From NCBI GenBank assembly GCA_004764695.1, contig SMSO01000025.1, positions 3,100,001 through 3,164,000 of the forward strand: 64,000 bases of DNA, in the 5' to 3' direction. Numbering within the stretch: position 1 is the first letter of the stretch; the number at the start of each line of letters is the position of its first letter. Origin of the DNA: Schizochytrium sp. TIO01 (lineage: Eukaryota > Protista > Bigyra: Labyrinthulomycetes). The notes under the pieces were generated by a model, which did not search any database, was not told the origin of the DNA, and was given only the letters and a program-made list of their open reading frames with translations. The translations under genes and the position numbers were made by a program. Shown one piece after another: positions 60,179-64,000 of the stretch.

Positions 60179-61537
60179 ATGGAGTTCCTCGTGGTGGCCG
60201 GTGAGGAGCCTGCGGGCTTGCACTATGCCTTGGCCGTGTGCCGTGCGACTGAAAAAAGGCTTGTACCTGAGTCGAAAGGCGGAGTGCAAATTGTCAAGAG
60301 CGTCCACGTGGTTGTAGCAGGCGATATTTCACGCAGAATACGGAATCTCAGCTCAAAAGGTGAGCTCCCGAGCATTGAGGGGTACAATGTCTCGCGAGAG
60401 AATCTCCTTCACATACATTATGCAGAAGACATCCTCGACAAAGATGCAAAGAAAATAAAAACGGATGAGAACTTTGCATGGATCAAGAATTGCCATCCAA
60501 TTGTCATCATGACCTGCCCGTGGGAGGCAGAGGCATGGATTTCATGGACCAAGCAAAATGCACACGCAGGAAGCGTCGCAATGTGTATGCTGGCTGGGAT
60601 GCGCCATATTGCGGAGGCAGAGCAAGCCTTTAAAGATTCTGGCAAGGTACTGCTCTTCGGAGCCCCCACCTACGCAGTTAGCTTTCGCGAAGGAGACGGC
60701 GCAGTCTGTGCTGCGAGCCTAGGGGCATTGTTATTAGCGCGCATTCCACGTGCGTATAATCATCTCTCTGTGCAACTGCAAGCCTTTGAGGCATCGGGTC
60801 TCCGATTGTGGTATCGGGATGAAAAGTACAAGAGTAACTGGCTGATTGGAGCACTCATGTGGCGCCTTTATGATGTTTACGCAGCTCTGCGATTCGATCC
60901 CAGCCAACCTCTCTCTTTTTATCAACAGCTTGCATCTGATAAGGGCCTTCACCGAAGAGTCTTGCTCACTCTGATGGAGGAGGCGCAACAGATTTTCTCA
61001 CAGGACGAGCACAACCTTATTGATTTCTGCGGGTCGCCATTTGGGCTAAGCCTACGTAACACCAAGCGTCTCCTGCAGATGCCAGACCCCTTATTTATGC
61101 CTTTGGCAAGGCTTGCCACTTGCCTTACATTTACCGGCTTTATCAAAAACGTTGAGGGTGTTCATTATGGAGACGACAAAGCTATCCGCGCTGCGAGCTT
61201 TGTAAATGGCGCAGTCATTGACCAATACAGGAAAGTAGTTAGAGAAGATGCTACAAAATCCGACCCGCCGTCCTCTAAACGGACTCTAGTACTTAATGCG
61301 TTTTTGATTGAGCAAGCAGCACAGTTTCAAAAGAAAATGGAGGGCAATATTAGCAAAAGTAAGATAGCGAAATTATCCGATAAGGATATCGAGCCCTTGC
61401 TGCAAACACACCTCTACCCTCTTCCCCTCGCCATGTTCATTGTCTCCTTCGTAGCATTTTCCTTCTTGATCTTGCTTCCAGCGTTTGTGGTTATTTGCAT
61501 TAATATTGTTCTCCCTAATGAGGCCAAATTCCTCTAA
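60179..61537 (+). CDS. Divergent 2-dehydropantoate 2-reductase (ApbA/PanE)-like protein with C-terminal transmembrane segment, 452 aa; probable pseudoenzyme
   Basis: Long clean ORF with start context GCTACATGG. It has ordered similarity to KPR motifs: N-terminal beta-alpha unit, RRVLLTLMEEAQQIF, LLQMPDPLFMPLA, SFVNGAVI and LNAFL. Hydrophobic aa ~415-445 lie near the C-terminus. The CDS is confident; the family call was made by eye. Confidence 0.75.
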   Translation: MEFLVVAGEEPAGLHYALAVCRATEKRLVPESKGGVQIVKSVHVVVAGDISRRIRNLSSKGELPSIEGYNVSRENLLHIHYAEDILDKDAKKIKTDENFAWIKNCHPIVIMTCPWEAEAWISWTKQNAHAGSVAMCMLAGMRHIAEAEQAFKDSGKVLLFGAPTYAVSFREGDGAVCAASLGALLLARIPRAYNHLSVQLQAFEASGLRLWYRDEKYKSNWLIGALMWRLYDVYAALRFDPSQPLSFYQQLASDKGLHRRVLLTLMEEAQQIFSQDEHNLIDFCGSPFGLSLRNTKRLLQMPDPLFMPLARLATCLTFTGFIKNVEGVHYGDDKAIRAASFVNGAVIDQYRKVVREDATKSDPPSSKRTLVLNAFLIEQAAQFQKKMEGNISKSKIAKLSDKDIEPLLQTHLYPLPLAMFIVSFVAFSFLILLPAFVVICINIVLPNEAKFL

Positions 61538-62531
61538 TTTATGTTGTTTAACTTTACTTTACAATTCTAATCTATCCGATCCAGCAGTCACGTTTTTATA
61601 ACCTAACAAGGATACGTCTCAGCTATAATAAATGTTTGCATGATTGCCTTTCCATAATGTTCGTTAACCTAATTGTACTCGGGACGCACTACACATATTA
61701 GACAGCTAGCTCTCCAGCCATTTTCGTTATACCATTCTGCTGGCTGTTCCAGAAAAAAGAGTGACATTGTTTTTACACTGCACCGGGGAGAGAGAACGGC
61801 CTTCTGAATAATCTCGCGACAAACTACAATCAAATGATTGCTCTTCTCCGTATGTTTGGGCCTCAAAATTTGCTCCGTCCACGACTTTGCTTTGGAATCA
61901 CCATGAGAAAAAACGACGTACCACACACTGGTCCTCAACAGAAACTGTCTAATGTGCGAGGATAGGCAGCACAAGTTGTATTTAGAATAAATTCTAGGTG
62001 ACAGAGACGGTAACATGTTAGTATGGAATGGAATGGTGCGGATCGATGTTGGTGCGTAGAAATAAATATGGATAAATGAACAGAGATAAGGACACTACTA
62101 CACAGTCCCGGGACATTTATATCTAGTCCAATTAACCGACTAAGGGATGACGAACCAAATCTTTTAGGCCTACTTCAAATTCCTTATTCAATGACCAATG
62201 AAGTGAAGACCATTCGCACATATGCATCATAGAATACTTCTTCTTGAAAACTTCTCGCAAATTATTTGTATTTCGTACCCGTGCTACTCCTACTGTAATC
62301 AATGAATGATGTTCAGTACATATATATATATATATATATAACATTAAAAAAAACAAAATTAAAAGAATTTAATGTAGTTAAATAATTTTTGCACGCTGCT
62401 GTCCCAACCGTCCAAGGACATGCAGAGAGTTCGTTTTAGGAGGGCTTCTACAGATCGAGTACTCAATAAGATCCTCTAAACCGTGCTTGTATGCTAATAC
62501 AAGAACATATATTCAAGTTCAGATTGATACA

Positions 62532-62564
<33 letters not shown>

Positions 62565-63568
62565 CTACTAGTTTAGTGTGCCAACAATCTGGTTTGACAA
62601 TGGTTATGTACTATTTCATTAATCAGCTTCGCATAAAAGGTTCTGGTTGCAAAAAGATCGCCACTTTATGTGCTAGTCTACTTTTATGATTTCATCATAA
62701 ATATGGAAAAGGATTATTTTCCTTGTACACCCTATCGCCCGCCTTAGGTGGACCTTAAAACAAAAAGGCCCTGATTTCCAACTTCCCAAGAGAACGATCA
62801 TCATACTTCGTATGTCTAGGCTTTTTAGGCTTATTGGTAAAGGAACTTTTATGCGTCATGAAAATGACAATCCAAAGGAAGCTTCAGTCGCCATGTTCAA
62901 TCTCAGAGCAATACGACAATACTACAAAGGAAAGTCCTTTTGGGTTTAGTTTAAATGCGCTTACTAACCTTTTGTGTGAGTTGACCGACCTCTCTATTAA
63001 ATAAGTATCATCTCCTGACACTGATGTGAGCAAGATTTAGTGTCGTCACTCCAGCACAGCGGCCTGAATACCATCTATCCGGTCGTTCTCTCCAACCAGC
63101 CTGTTCGGTAGAGCTGCAAGACTCTTGGAGCACGGCAATCTGGCGTAGGCCGTTCCTACAAAGTAAAATACCCTCTAACGCCTAATAGGAAAGGTGGGCA
63201 ATTGACGAGTGCACCATTCGATAAGGGACTTCATTCGCCAAGTCCCACCTCTCTGCCATAGGTGAGATGGCTGTATTCAACTATTGATAGGTGGCCGAAC
63301 TGCAATAAGCGGAGTTTAGATGAAGAACAAGAACGTTGCGACGAAAATTAATATTTCATACATGAGTGTTGACATAACAAACACAGTATGTCTGCTTCCT
63401 GAGGGCTAGACTTATTTGCTTGAGTGTTATTCAACTAGACTAGCTTCGTTTCGTTATTTAAATTCAAACACCGATCCATCGCATCGCGCAAGCAAAACCA
63501 CGCAAAGTGAAAACGAAGATTGCTCTAAACCATACGACATATACAGTTCGAGTGAGTGGATTAACATC

Positions 63569-64000
63569 ATGGTTTCAGGTTCAGGCGGGAGCACCCATTT
63601 GCTTGGGGCTCCATTAGGAGGGGGCGGTGGAGCCATTGCAGCTCCTAGTCATAGTCATCACCACGGTATGGTCACAGTCTTGAAGAAGACTAAACGCCGG
63701 ACTACCGAGAAAATCCTTCAAAAGCTCGGAGCTAGTGAGCAGACACCAGATGACAAAGAGTTCAATGATCTACAAGCTGAGTTTGCTGATTCACAGAAAC
63801 AGTTGCTCCTTTTGCTCAGCAAATTCCAACTCTATGTGGAATCAATCGAGAAATGGCAAAAATGTGGCGAGTCATTAGCCAGAGAAGTTGCACACTTTGT
63901 AGAGACTGGACAAGATCATTCATGTGAGGCGCGGAAAGGTCTTGAAATCCTTAGTGAAAGATTTAGTGCAACACAAGAAGAAATGAGCTCTGTATGTAGC
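63569..64000 (+). CDS. N-BAR (amphiphysin/endophilin/Rvs-like) domain protein, 5' portion, truncated by window end
   Basis: Not in the ORF track because there is no stop inside the window. It is open for 144 codons from ATG 63569 (context AACATCATGG): MVSGSGGSTHLLGAPLGGGGGAIAAPSHSHHHGMVTVLKKTKRRTTEKILQKLGASEQTPDDKEFNDLQAEFADSQKQLLLLLSKFQLYVESIEKWQKCGESLAREVAHF... The K..R..EK.LQKLG..E.T.D.EF pattern is the amphiphysin-type N-BAR start. An alternative ATG lies at 63668. Confidence 0.85.
   Translation, partial: MVSGSGGSTHLLGAPLGGGGGAIAAPSHSHHHGMVTVLKKTKRRTTEKILQKLGASEQTPDDKEFNDLQAEFADSQKQLLLLLSKFQLYVESIEKWQKCGESLAREVAHFVETGQDHSCEARKGLEILSERFSATQEEMSSVCS

Noticed and set aside
50260-64000. Functional gene cluster or operon of the five genes
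   Set aside because: The pathways are unrelated, orientations are mixed and spacers are kb-sized; a shared membrane-association theme is not evidence of co-function.

Overview
This is eukaryotic nuclear DNA, not prokaryotic. It has intron-less genes with A/C-rich start contexts, a nucleus-encoded mitochondrial ATP synthase subunit with a presequence, and very dense tetranucleotide microsatellites. The style suggests a stramenopile protist such as a thraustochytrid/labyrinthulomycete, which is an inference only. The window has three zones. (1) 1-~43.9 kb is a microsatellite-rich stretch with no recognisable protein-coding gene, made of GC-rich segments alternating with AT-rich islands. (2) ~43.9-50.2 kb is a distinct AT-rich block with almost no microsatellites or ORFs; it may be a decayed relic or a centromere-like region. 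(3) 50.26-64 kb holds five genes: a molybdopterin synthase catalytic subunit (MOCS2B/MoaE) with an unusual ~186-aa N-terminal extension (membrane anchor, basic cluster, LIR-like motif), mitochondrial F1-ATP synthase delta, a MINDY-1/2 deubiquitinase with MIU and CaaX, a ketopantoate-reductase-like protein that appears catalytically dead and tail-anchored, and the 5' part of an N-BAR protein running off the right edge. No tRNA, rRNA, CRISPR array or intact transposon could be supported. The strongest leads for novelty are the membrane-anchored molybdopterin synthase and the tail-anchored ApbA/PanE-like pseudoenzyme.
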